Shown here: positions 48,901 through 59,426 of the stretch, one piece after another
Layout of the letters: each line of letters opens with the position of its first letter
Position numbering within the stretch: the stretch's first letter is position 1
NCBI GenBank assembly: GCA_965649765.1
Contig: OZ287749.1
Coordinates: forward strand, 20,770,001-20,834,000
Direction: 5' to 3'
DNA from: Bispira polyomma
Lineage: Eukaryota
DNA: 64,000 nt
Program-made: the position numbers and the translations under genes
The notes under the pieces: model-generated
Told to the model about the DNA's origin: nothing
What the model saw: the letters and a program-made list of their open reading frames with translations, nothing else
The model's database searches: none

Positions 48901-51900
48901 AAGATTATCCTCCTTAAATGTCTGAATAGAACAGATTACTATTGTGTAATATGTAGTAATATACAAGAGAGGTCAAAGGTCAAGCCATGAGACAACCTAT
49001 TGAAAATTTGTAATAATATTGTACAAAATAGCCCAACTCCCCATCTGACAATCAAAACCAAAACACACCCTAGTCATTACAGCTTCTAATGTTGGTAAAA
49101 ATAAATACTGCTCAATATATCACAATATACAGCCATTGGGTTTATGTGTACATTACATTTGTTCTGAAATCTGTTTAGTCAAAGGGCCTGAAGATCCTAA
49201 ATCAAGTACACAGTTGAATCCCTATAAGTCAACCCTCCCCAGGGACCACCAGATATAGCTCTACTGAATTAGGGTTTCTACTTTAACACAAATTAATAGG
49301 GTACATTCTACATAGATGTACAAAAGGCACTTGATTTCACGGTCACAGTCTACTTAAAAAAATTAATCTTATCAAATTGTTAGCATCATTCACAAATTCA
49401 ACCCTTGCTATGAGTGTCTAGTGACTCTTCAGTTTTGATCCTCTACGCTGTGACTTACTCACCTATGTAGATAGAAGTAGAGTTATCACCAGGCTCAAAG
49501 GGACATCTCCCTACCCCACTCCGACCTCTGTCGACAAATGACAGGTCACTGGTCTGTAAAAATGGCACACACATCAGACATATTGCAAAAATTTTTTTGC
49601 TGGAACAATTTTTTTTAAATATAATTTGCCGTTTTTGAAAAAATGTGATAGAAGCAATATTTATTATTAAACATTTCGTAGATAACAGATGGATACAATT
49701 TAAAATATTTAGTGGCAATTAATTTCCACCATCTAAGCTGATCAGCTAAAATTATTTCCTACTGAAACTTTTGATGTATACAGGACTTACTAGTACATGA
49801 GAATTTCTATTATTCAAACATGGTGGGAAAGCAAGATTTTGTTCAGATAATAGAAGGTTAGCAAATGATAGGGACATTTTTTTAGTATAAAATAACAGGG
49901 AAATAGAAGTCTGACAGAGTCAAAATGACTTGATAAAATGGAATATTTGGATAATGAAGTTTGGATAATAGAGGTTCTACTGAATCTCAATACATACATA
50001 TCCTAACAGAAAGAGAGTAGAAACTCTATGACCCAAACTTCTGTTTTCTGAATATGGGATTTTTTACTAACTCTTCTTTACTCTCCCAAATTTTTATTTT
50101 CATTTTGTTTTGTCCTGAAGTGCCTCTTCTATTTTTCCAACCTTCTATTATTCAAACATAATCCCACCCTTCAACTTGTTCAGATAACAAAGATTGTACT
50201 GTATGTATTGAAAGTTTACATAAATATAAATTACACTGGTAAGACTACTTGGACCAGGTAAATGTACATTTAGATGAACAAATATGTTAAAAAGGTACAT
50301 ATTTTGAAATCCATTAAATTAAATTTCTTGTGAAAAACTGATTGTACAAACACATTTATGATCTTCATAAAACAATTTTGCAAATTGTAGTAAGCTTAAG
50401 GTTTTCAATTTTACAGCCTTTATATTTTTTAAAAGACTCTATCTTTCTTCCAAGTTGCTTGCATAACATTGACATGTATATTGACAGAGACATGTGTAGT
50501 GCATTTGTTTTGGAGTGAATAACTTGCATAATGTCACAAAATACATGTATAGCCAAAAATTCTGAGGACAGTTTTCTTAAAGCCATACACATACACATTT
50601 ATAAAGAGGAAACAAATTGCAAATTGTATATATGCGTACAGCAAAATGGTACTTGTGGAGCGAAGGACTTACTCATAGGCAATTATATGTACCTCCATTA
50701 AGGAGGTTATGTTTTTGTCCATGTCCGTTTGCTTGTTTGACACCTGGGCTGGTATTAGTATTAAATTTTTGTGTCAAGCTATTCGATTGGCTGAAAATTT
50801 ATTTTTTCAAAGAATCTGATTGGCTGGGACTAAGATAATTCTAAGAATGTTTGTGAATATGGCCCAATATTACACAAAAACTACTGAACTCATTTATCTA
50901 ACATTTGGTGGATGTATGGGCAAGGGAAGAATCAATTAAATTATGAAGCAGACATGTGTGGAACAGCAGATCTAGCATTTTTGTGGCACCTTTTGGCAGA
51001 TGTATGCGCTCTACTAAATGCCCTCTATCAATTATTTTTATGTTTACATAACTGTGAACTGCAAACAAAATATGGTTCATTCATTTCAAAACTGTGGCAT
51101 AGATTAAAAAGATTCCGCCTTAAACACAGGCAACACTTTCCATGGGTGAAAAAACAATATGCTTATTACTTGTAGCAAGTTAACCATGGCTCCCCAATAA
51201 TGAGTCCTTTGTAGTGAAAACCACTGGTATTTTTAGGGACTCCAGTATAATCACTATACTCCTAGAATGGCATCAAAGAAGTGATAATGAACAAAGTAAT
51301 CAGTAAGAGGATCAATAACAATCTGCAAGTTAACAGGAACACTATGTGTACACTGTGAAGTGAGGTGTAAATTAATACCTACTGCTTCTAGATAGGAAAT
51401 TAACTGGCTGACTGAAATTTTTTAAAAACTATTTTACAGTGTTAGCCAAGCCAAAAGCATTATTTTACTTATTATATCATAAGTGAATTTGTGCCATATT
51501 TTGTGAGAGTAAAAAAGAAGAAATATTCGGGACGCCCAAGCCTGGCTTAGCCAGTAGTGAAACAGACGAGTCGTTAATAGGTAAAGAGATTGTTAAAGAG
51601 TGAAGGACGGTTCGCATAACGTAACTAATTGCATGCAATTAATCTCATAAGACAAAAGTTGCATGAAACTCCTGGTATCCATGATTTTGTCACACAAAAT
51701 TAGAGCACTGTTCTAATTCCTTGCGACATTTGCAGGAGACAACAGTTACATGAAACTCACAGTTCACACCACGCAACTTTGTCTCGTGAGATTAATCGCA
51801 TGTGATTAGGTGGATTGTGTGAACCGCCCTATATATGTACATGTCATGGCAGAAAGTTCAATTTGGCAGAATTTGAAATTCTACTTGCAGAAAGACCTAA

Positions 51901-53013
51901 ATAATAAAAGATCAATGTCCAATTGTACTTTCTACCAATCTTTCATATTTGGTAGAATTTGAAATTCTGCAAGCACTTTCTACCAAATTCAAGTTGCATA
52001 TTCAGCCAAACTGGACTTTCCACAATGACATATAAGTACATGTCTATTCAGTCCATCCTTCCACAGAGAGTAGTAACTGCAAATGCCATGTTTAAGATGG
52101 CTAATCTATTTAGTAGCTTAACGTTTTGTCAACTTACACGCAAGATGTCTTCCCGGGGGCTGTATGCACCTGTGCCACACACAGAGATTTCATTCCCTAT
52201 AACTGCTATAGACCTGATGTGATTCTTACACTGAAACTCCTGGAAAAAAACAGAAATAAATGAAGCACCTTTGACAAATTGTTTGGTATGACTGGCATAA
52301 CAGGGCACAGTATGATATATATTATTATTTGATTTCTTTCTACAAAATATATAATTATATACAACTAATATAGAAGTCAAAATCTCTAAAATACAATGTT
52401 ACTGTAAATACATGTATCATATTTCTAAACTTAGTTTCAAGTTTATTATATTTTAATATTAGTTGATAACTTAACAGTTTATCACATCTTTACATTATTA
52501 CATTAGTGTATGTCATATTTTACAATTACAGGTATATTTATAGTCATTAAAGATGTACTTTCAAGTACTATGTCTGAAATCTTAATTTACACTTTAAATA
52601 TGTTGGTATATGTACTTTCATTACTAAGGCTTCCAAATACACTGCTTATCTAATATACTCACAAGCCTTACTTACAATCTAAGAACAATGGCCACATTAA
52701 ATAGTAATAATAATAATGCATTTTTAACGCGCTTTATTGATGCCAGGCATCTTCTAAAGCGCAACAGCAGAATCAGTGATCCAATCGTAAAGTCCATGGG
52801 CATAGCATTTCAGCTATTAAATAATATGAACATATGAACATCAACGATCAAAGAAAAAAATAAATACCATGATCTGTGGTGTATTATATTGTGGGTTAAA
52901 ACCATAATTGACTGAGTTTTATGCTAACCCAGACGGTTTACCTCAGATTTTTGCCACTGTATACACTCGGTCACTGCCGCTGTATCTGGCGGCAAGTAAA
53001 TGGAATTTTTAAC
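36904..53013 (-). CDS. Sema2a: Semaphorin-2A-like secreted semaphorin (Sema-PSI-Ig), 5'-partial, 603 aa visible; exons 53013-52942, 52239-52138, 49553-49463, 48214-48068, 47325-47204, 46439-46331, 45564-45510, 44951-44804, 44246-44045, 43469-43348, 42441-42314, 41643-41552, 38614-38366, 37411-37308, 36972-36904
   Basis: Sema motifs CKNHIR..VCGTGAYSP, GRCPFEP, PDFV..HVYFFFRE..NCGKAVYSRIARVCK, WTTYLKARLNCSISGEFPFYF, GSAVC..F.G.FKEQ..W, VP..RPG.C. PSI domain CQSYIYCSDCVHDPNCGW; Ig domain LHC..VLWYHDG..DGGDYLC; class-2 tail WCSEFDSYK..W; no transmembrane helix. All 14 introns are GT-AG and phase-consistent. Confidence 0.93.
37934..38175 (-). repeat. 76-bp tandem repeat (3 extra copies) of the semaphorin Ig-exon 3' end plus its splice donor
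   Basis: CTCACCTGGTATATT.ATGA..TGTTTAGTCAGCTC at 37941, 38017 and 38093 matches the real exon end at 38361. Confidence 0.92.
38176..38356 (-). mobile_element. SINE family A, internally deleted, inserted at a splice donor
   Basis: Homologous body with deletions in head and tail. TSD AGGTGA(G/A)TATA contains the semaphorin Ig-exon donor. Confidence 0.85.
38678..40893 (-). mobile_element. HINE-like element family 1, second copy, with ~8.5 internal 142-143-bp repeats, in a semaphorin intron
   Basis: Highly similar inverted copy of 17005-18655. Repeat anchor GAAATTCAAGATGGCC at 39009, 39152, 39294, 39437, 39579, 39721 and 39863. Confidence 0.87.
42583..42632 (+). ncRNA. Minimal type I hammerhead ribozyme motif (Penelope/retrozyme-type), possibly degenerate
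   Basis: CTGATGA (42588-94), stem II GATCT/AGATC, GAAA (42614-17), short stem III, GTC cleavage triplet (42625-27). Stem I is imperfect (TGCCT/AGATA). Confidence 0.65.
42690..43025 (-). mobile_element. tRNA-headed SINE family D with L2-like tail; second copy ~31990-32235 (-); extra head copy 43055-43130
   Basis: Both copies share CATTTATACACCTG.GTAG..AGG.ACAACTTTGTG..AG.CACCTTGTC and a tRNA-like head. This copy has an L2-type AAGCGCTATATCAAATG tail. Confidence 0.75.
45700..46130 (+). mobile_element. L2 LINE 3' end
   Basis: Encodes GSRAFSAAAPMLWTSLP..FK..LKTYLF followed by the tail GATGCCTAGCATCAATAAGGGGCGTTACAAATG. Similar tails on the minus strand at ~6890-6950, 40900-41000, 43510-43615 and 52705-52770; related fragment at 56090-56180 (-). 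Confidence 0.78.
46795..46980 (+). repeat. Direct duplication (~72-bp unit, ~113-nt spacing)
   Basis: AGACAATTTGGATTTGTA..GGA..GGATGATACTT.TAACT..AACATAATTT.AACATATTGGATACCTTA occurs twice. Confidence 0.8.
47809..48024. mobile_element. piggyBac-like MITE remnant
   Basis: TTAA-CCCCTT ... AAGGGG-TTAA ends. Confidence 0.5.
50687..51027 (+). mobile_element. Short degenerate HINE-like element with a nested MITE (~50745-50865)
   Basis: ACCTCC..GGAGGTTATGTTTT start and GGCAGATGTATGCGCTCTACTAAATGCCCTCT end. The nested insert resembles 9068-9195. Confidence 0.55.
51603..51832. mobile_element. Degenerate palindromic MITE
   Basis: Long imperfect inverted arms (CGGTTCGCATAA..TAATCTCATAAGACAAAAGTTGC / GCAACTTTGTCTCGTGAGATTAA..GTGTGAACCG). 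Confidence 0.6.
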
Positions 53014-55671
53014 CTGAAAAATCAAAGTAAAAGCATGTGATTTTAAAAGTGTAATACCCCATGACTTTCATAATCTACTTTTATTTCACTCATGAGTTTG
53101 TGACATTGCTTAATATATGTAGTCTATTTAGTAAGGGTGTAAAAATATACTAAAAACTTGATATATGCCAATATATTTCTCAATACAATATATCGCTGTA
53201 ATACATACAAAAATTGGAAAAGCAATACGTATTGAGCACATCATTTTAGAGTAAATCATGAGAATTAGCTTATTTCCTGGTATGCTCGATGTAATGTGTG
53301 AGAGAATAAAAACATTTGTCAGCAACAGAATCAAAAATAAAGCAATGGGTTATGTTAATGTGGGTACACCAATTACCACATTGCATTAAAAACATGATGA
53401 ATGACCATATAGGGATTTCTTGTGAAGTCATATAATACATCTTTGCCAAATAAAATAGACACGTCAAAGACAGTTGAATTAAAGACACTTTTGGCCCAAA
53501 TTGAAAATGGTGAGAGAAAAATTAACAAAAATAACACAGCCTAATGCAATTGGTTTCTAATTGACCAAAACTGCAACTAATGGAAAGGCGGCCAACCATA
53601 ACAGTCTTATGCAAACAACAATCAGGCAGAGGAGCTGTTTTGCAATTAATGAAAAGTAAACTTCCCCCACCAGCATTATAGGAAAAAAACCCTCACAAAA
53701 AAAAACACATACACATATACACATCTATGTGTGTTGTTGTAAGTTGCTGTAAAACCTGTAGCATCTATCTCACTCACAAACACATAAAGCGGTTACTTGT
53801 GTGTTGGTTTGAGCAGTGATGAGAAACCAGGCCTGGAGAAGAAGGTGCAGAGATTTGTACTGCTTCAAATCTTTACTCACTCACAGAGGCTTTTTGCTTC
53901 TTCTTTGTACTCACCTAGCCTCTTTAGTAGGCTGACAAGTGAACAATGACTATAATTATACATGTACTTTGAAATTGTACCTAAATTCTATTATATTCAG
54001 ACACACAAGTGTGTTTTAAAGGATTGTGGGCATCAGTTAAGGTCATTATTTTTTGGAACTGATAGAAAGGGTGGGCTCTAGAATCAATTAGTCTGATGTT
54101 AATTTATTAAATTTAGAATTTATATAAAAATCCTCTATACTTGACTTCTGCTACAGCTATGATATGTCATAGTAACGTTGTAATTTATGTGTTCATGTCA
54201 GTCAGCTTTTCGCCCATTAAAATGGTCAGTCTGTGGTATTATGGTCAACAGTTATATTTGTAATATTTATTGGATTTTTAACTGCTGTTCCAAACTATGA
54301 TAGAAGTTATGATATAAGATGCAGAAGGAGACAATAGAATTTGGACTCAAACTTCCAAAAAATACATGTTACTTTGAGGGACATATCAAAGAATTTATAA
54401 CTTAATGTATAACCATAAAAATTCAAGAAAACAAATGGTATGAGTATATTTTTGTTTAAGACGGAGTCATGTGATTTTATTAAAGATATAATTTCTTCTT
54501 TTCTGCTAAAAGATTTAGCTTATGTAAAATTCTCATTTAAAGAAAATCCCTCAAGCGATCTACTCAAAACAACAGGATATGAATGAGTTTCAATGACTCG
54601 CACTTTATATACTGTAGAGCAAGATATGAGCCGGAGCCAAGCTATCCATTGTCCATAATTTCTCCAATATCCTGATGATACAGCCGTGGCTGTCAAGTAG
54701 CAAAGTAATAACGGTGAAGAAGGCAGGTGAAATACCATTCTTAGCAAATTCCTCTGGGGATAATCGGCCTCATTTTTTAACTCTGTAAGTTGAGAGCAGA
54801 ATCAGTGGCATTTGCAATTGTTTTGGGACTTTCTGACACCCTGTAAATCTTCCGAGTATAACTACAGGGGAGGCTTTGTTGAAATTACTGTCTGGAGAAA
54901 ATAATTGGATGTTCTTCTTAATGCCATTCACCGTTTGTTTCATATGTTCCTCTATTTAAGAGAGTTTAAGTAAGTTTTTTTAATTGTTGATATACTCTAT
55001 TCTTACCATAAATTTAATTAAATATACGGTTACTATAGAAACTAGCCAATCACAAGTTTCACAACATTGTTTGAACTGTGTAAAAAGTTTGATATTTTGT
55101 GGTCTGATAATCATAATTCAAGCTGTTGTATTCTGGAAGCAGATGGTTCCCATAGCAAATAAGTAACTTATGACTTTCAAACAGGAGCCCAGACAAAAAA
55201 TGCTTTCAGCTGTGCACAGTAGATTACTGCGATTACCTATGTGATAAATAAGCTAATAAACATGTAGCATCTTTTAGTATTTTTGTAGGATAAGTATAAA
55301 GGTATATTAGATAACGTTACTAACCTCAGCAAAAAAGATTTCGTAATATTTTTACCATCTTTTATCTATTTTGGGACTAAAGACAATCAATAAAATCTTA
55401 AACATCTATAACACATCATTTACACGTATAACAAATTTAAAAGTAATACAGTAAAACTTCTATTATCCAAACATGTGGGGAGAGGAAAATAATTTTGTTC
55501 GGAAAATAGAAGGTTCATAAAATAGAAGAGGCATTGTTGTATAAAACAAGAGGAAAATGTAAATTTGGGTGAGTGTAAATTTATTCATAAAAGTAAATAT
55601 TCAGATAATAAAAGTTCGGATAACAGAGTTTCTACTGTATAAGTAGTGTCATCGTGTATATAACTTGAATG

Positions 55672-55880
55672 TAGTTTGACTTTAAGTCACTTTCAGCAGC
55701 TTAGTTCATATCAAGGCAGATTCAGTGGTGGAAGAAACCAGTGCTGAAGCCTGAAGGACTGTAAACCACCGATATACAGCAAGTACCTGAAAAACGTTTC
55801 CACATAAAGGAACCAATAGGATTCAAACCCACAGTGATAATAGATCAGTGATTGTGACACAGGCATTTATTACCACTAGG
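55672..55880 (-). mobile_element. SINE family B
   Basis: Shares GGTGGAAGAAACCAGTGCTGAAG and the B box with the other copies. Confidence 0.75.
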
Positions 55881-56468
55881 TATCCATTATATATAGAATC
55901 TATCTATAATATCGATACTGCTATCTGACAACCTAAGAGTCAAAAGGATTAAGCTCCTCTCTCATTTCAAATGTGTTTATGACATTGGCTTCTCCCCCCT
56001 CAAGACGGTACCTGTGGTACACGGGCGGTCATAATACCGGTCAGATCATAATAATGTCCGTTGCATTTTTAAAGCATTTAGCGAGGGAAATTAATATTGA
56101 AAACATAGGCCCAGCCGCAATAAAAATAGCTCTAGATCTAGCCCTCTTGGTAGGTTTGACAGGGGAAACAGAAAGTCTCCAGTAGTAATTATTACACACA
56201 CTTACTGCTAAATTTACAAGTTGAATTCCCTGTAGTCACAGGTGTTTTAAATCCTGGTTGAGTCAGAAAAATATCACGACACAAACGCCTTTTGAACACC
56301 CTTGTCCATTTTCAAGATACCAGTATATTCATCGTGTGTAAGCTTAAGCATCTTTATGTCAAGAATATACATAGTGTGCAGGATATACAAATACCAATAT
56401 GTACTGATACATATTAGAATGATCTTAATAATATTATATATTAATAATAGATGATTAATGAAGTTGTA

Positions 56469-56725
56469 GGGGCCGCAGTGGCCTAGTGGTTAGCAAGCAT
56501 TGCGCTTCACAATCATTGGTCTCTCACCTCTGGGCGGCGTGAGTTCGAAACCCGTCGATGCCAATGTGGGAAAGGTGGTAGTTCCTTACTGTGGGCCGCT
56601 GGTTTTAGTGCAGAACCTTGATCAACTGTATGCAGTGTTTCCTCCAGCGTTTCCAACTACCCGTCCCAATATAACCTAAACAGGTACTAGAGTGAACGTT
56701 AAATATCCAAATTAAAATTAAATTA
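56469..56725 (+). mobile_element. SINE family A
   Basis: Near-consensus copy, B box GAGTTCGAAACCC; TSD AATGAAGTT. Confidence 0.9.
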
Positions 56726-57109
56726 AATGAAGTTATATCTAAACTAAGTTCAAACTTAAAATGTTCATGCTTGTAATCACCCTAAAGTTAAAAAAACCCT
56801 GAACTTATAACGAAGCTGTTCCTCACTGAACAAAAAGCTGGAGGTTTGAGGATATCAGACACAAAGATGGAAAACTTCGTTCTTATAAAAAGGGTCACTA
56901 AAAATACCTATCCAGAGGTTGTTGTTAAACATGTATTTTCCTTCACAAAAAAACTTGGAAGCATTAAAACCAGAAGGCCTATCAAGCCGCCCCCAATGTA
57001 GTGTCAATAGTAGAGCTTCACTATTAAAAATACTGCAATAATATATTGGTACTTTCTAAAAAAATTTCAGAAATAAAGTCTGAGAGCATGTAATTCTTTG
57101 TAGAGAGCC

Positions 57110-57394
57110 TACTACTTTTTAATCACCGATGATGTACAAGCTTGATGCTCTTACTTTTGTTATTAAGACTCTTACACCTGACTACATTACCAGTCTCTTA
57201 ATCTCATATTGCTCTGCTCGTTCCTTGCGCTCAGAATCACACAAACTACTGTTAGTTCCAAGAACTAAATGTAACACTCTTGGAGATTGTGTGTTCAGCT
57301 CAGCAGCACCACAATTGTGGAATAGTCTGCTAATCAAGTCTGGATGCTGCAACATGGTTTTAGACTTTCTAAAACCAATTAAAAACCTACTTAC
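57110..57394 (+). mobile_element. L2 LINE 3' end, interrupted by a TTAA element and resuming ~58280-58410
   Basis: ORF 57129-57398 has ARSLRS..LLLVPRTK..LGDCVFSSAAPQLWNSL, typical of the L2 ORF2 C-terminus. Confidence 0.75.
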
Positions 57395-58279
57395 TTAAGG
57401 TTTTAGTAGCGTAAACACACAAATGCGTCGGCAGTAAATTATACCTCAGTTACGAAAATGTTTTAACCATAAGTATCCACTTTGACAGCCTTAAAATGTC
57501 TCTTTAGTGACCGTTTTAACCATTTTTATGTGCAAATACCATTTAAAACTTTAATATTTCTTTGCAAAGTGATTAAAACAAACATATAACGATTCTTGTA
57601 TTGTGACGTCACACAATTTGAAATCTATGGTGGAATGTCATATTTGTAAACATTTCTCGCAGAGAGCCCCTTCTATTGTGACACAATACGAGTATTGATC
57701 CAGCATATATAGAGATATTATATAGACTACACAACTTAAAAAAACGTGTATATTGTTTTGAATGAATTACATTTTTAAATATGTTTCCTTGTGTTATATA
57801 AACAAAGAATACAAAGTATCTTTCTGTTTAGAAGAGTGTCATTTTAATGTTTTTCTAAATTTATCCCCGTCTTTGTGCTTTTATTAAAAACGAATTCATT
57901 CAAAATATTGCTGATGTTTTCCTTTTTCTAGTCATGTACAATATTTCAGCATTGATACCTTCTTGGTATGTGTATTGTATCACGTTTGTGAAGGGTGTAC
58001 TTGGACAAATATTCATGTTTTTCTTACAATTTTACACCTCCTTATATGTAGTATTTGTTGCTCATACATTTTTAAAATCAATGTTAAAATTATAAAATTC
58101 AGCTTGAATTGTTACTTAATTCGCCCTCTATCATTTTCACAACTTATAAAGTAAAAATCGTATTTAAAAATTGACTTTGAGGTCTTCATAACAAAAGTAG
58201 TGTAAGTTCAAGGCAGTTTTTCTTTCATAACGGGATATAGTCGCAATCGTTTTTTGTGTTTACGTTACTAAAGCCTTAA
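57395..58279. mobile_element. Non-autonomous DNA transposon with TTAA TSD (Kolobok-like)
   Basis: TTAA-GGTTTTAGTAGCGTAAACACA ... TGTGTTTACGTTACTAAAGCC-TTAA terminal inverted repeats. Confidence 0.75.
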
Positions 58280-58418
58280 ATCAGTGTACAGCTGTTACTA
58301 TGTCTTAATTCTTCTTTCATTACCTTCTTTTACTTTTTAAAATTGTAAAGCACTTAATTAGCTATAAACACAATATAAAAAGTATAAATATAGATTGTAA
58401 TGTGATGTAATAAACCAG

Positions 58419-58764
58419 TAAAGTTCCAGACACACAGAACTGCATCTGGATACGGATCCATATCTTTTTGAAACAAATAAAACAGTGAAAGCAGACACAC
58501 AGAAGACAGATCCATATCCGGATCCGCTGATCCGGGCCGGATAAAATTTACACGGATTTCATTTCTAATTTTTGACGGATCCGGATCCCTACCAATTACC
58601 TGCAAAGTAGCTTAAAATTTCACATATTTAAACACATAAAGATTCATTCTGTGACCATGATTCGGCCGTATTTTTTGTCCTGTGTGAATTGAAGAAAACC
58701 AAATCCGTCTTTAAATGATTATACAGATCCGGATCCAGATGCGGTTCTGTGTGTCTGGACCTTA
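58419..58764. mobile_element. MITE with ~40-bp TIRs (PIF/Harbinger-like)
   Basis: TCCAGACACACAGAACTGCATCTGGAT.CGGATC versus GATCCGGATCCAGATGCGGTTCTGTGTGTCTGGA; TAA-like flanks. Confidence 0.75.
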
Positions 58765-58874
58765 ACAAGTAAACAACTCTCTGTAATTCAAAACATTTAC
58801 CTGCCAAATTTTGCTATAACTAGAACCACTTTTGGGGTTCCATTATTCAATATGACAGACTCTGATAAAGTTGA

Positions 58875-59119
58875 ATTTGAAATGGAATATTTAAAATCCA
58901 CTCTAGTACCTGTTTAGGTTACATTAGAATGGGTAGTTGGAAATGCTGGAGGAAACATTGCATACAGTTGATCAAGGTTCTGCACTAAAACCAGCGGCCC
59001 ATAGTAAGGAACTACCTCCTTTCCCAAATAGGCATCAACGGGAGTCGAACCCACGCCAGCCGATCCCAGAGGTGAGAGACCAGTGATTGTGAAGCGCAAT
59101 GCTTGCTAACCACTAAGCC
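58875..59119 (-). mobile_element. SINE family A (slightly 5'-truncated)
   Basis: Homologous copy; TSD TCTGATAAAG(T/C)TGAAT. Confidence 0.88.
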
Positions 59120-59231
59120 TCTGATAAAGCTGAATGTTCAACATCCACTGGCTACAGTTATGGCTAGTTGGTCACAAATTAAGTACACCTACTCAAGCAC
59201 TTACAGGATTTTTACTTCACACTGGTCTTTC

Positions 59232-59426
59232 TACAGTATAGAACCTCTATTATCCAAAATTCTGTTATCCCATCATTTGATTTTATAAACTCATTTTCAC
59301 TCCCCAAAATTTCTAATTTTCCTTATCATTTTATACAGAAATGCCTCTTCTATTTTAAGAACATTCTATAATACAAACAAAATCTTCCTCCTCCCAACAT
59401 GTTCGGATAATAGAGGATCTACTGTA
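59232..59426. mobile_element. Tc1/mariner(pogo)-type MITE family, ~190 bp; other copies at ~16279-16398, 46467-46650, 49795-49985, 50015-50205, 55447-55639, 61301-61463
   Basis: TA-CAGTAGAACCTCTATTATCC ... GGATAATAGAGGTTCTACTG-TA TIRs with TA TSD, repeated across the window. Confidence 0.75.

Noticed and set aside
54520-54747. ORF MVFHLPSSPLLLCYLTATAVSSG as a possible semaphorin signal-peptide exon
   Set aside because: No good donor, prolines in the hydrophobic stretch, and it lacks the expected N-terminal Sema blade (LYVGA-like motif). The real 5' exons are probably beyond the window.
56206-56229. Possible 24-nt semaphorin micro-exon (CAG|GGAATT..GCA|GTAAGT, GIQLVNLA)
   Set aside because: Splice signals are present but there is no recognisable Sema homology; could be chance.
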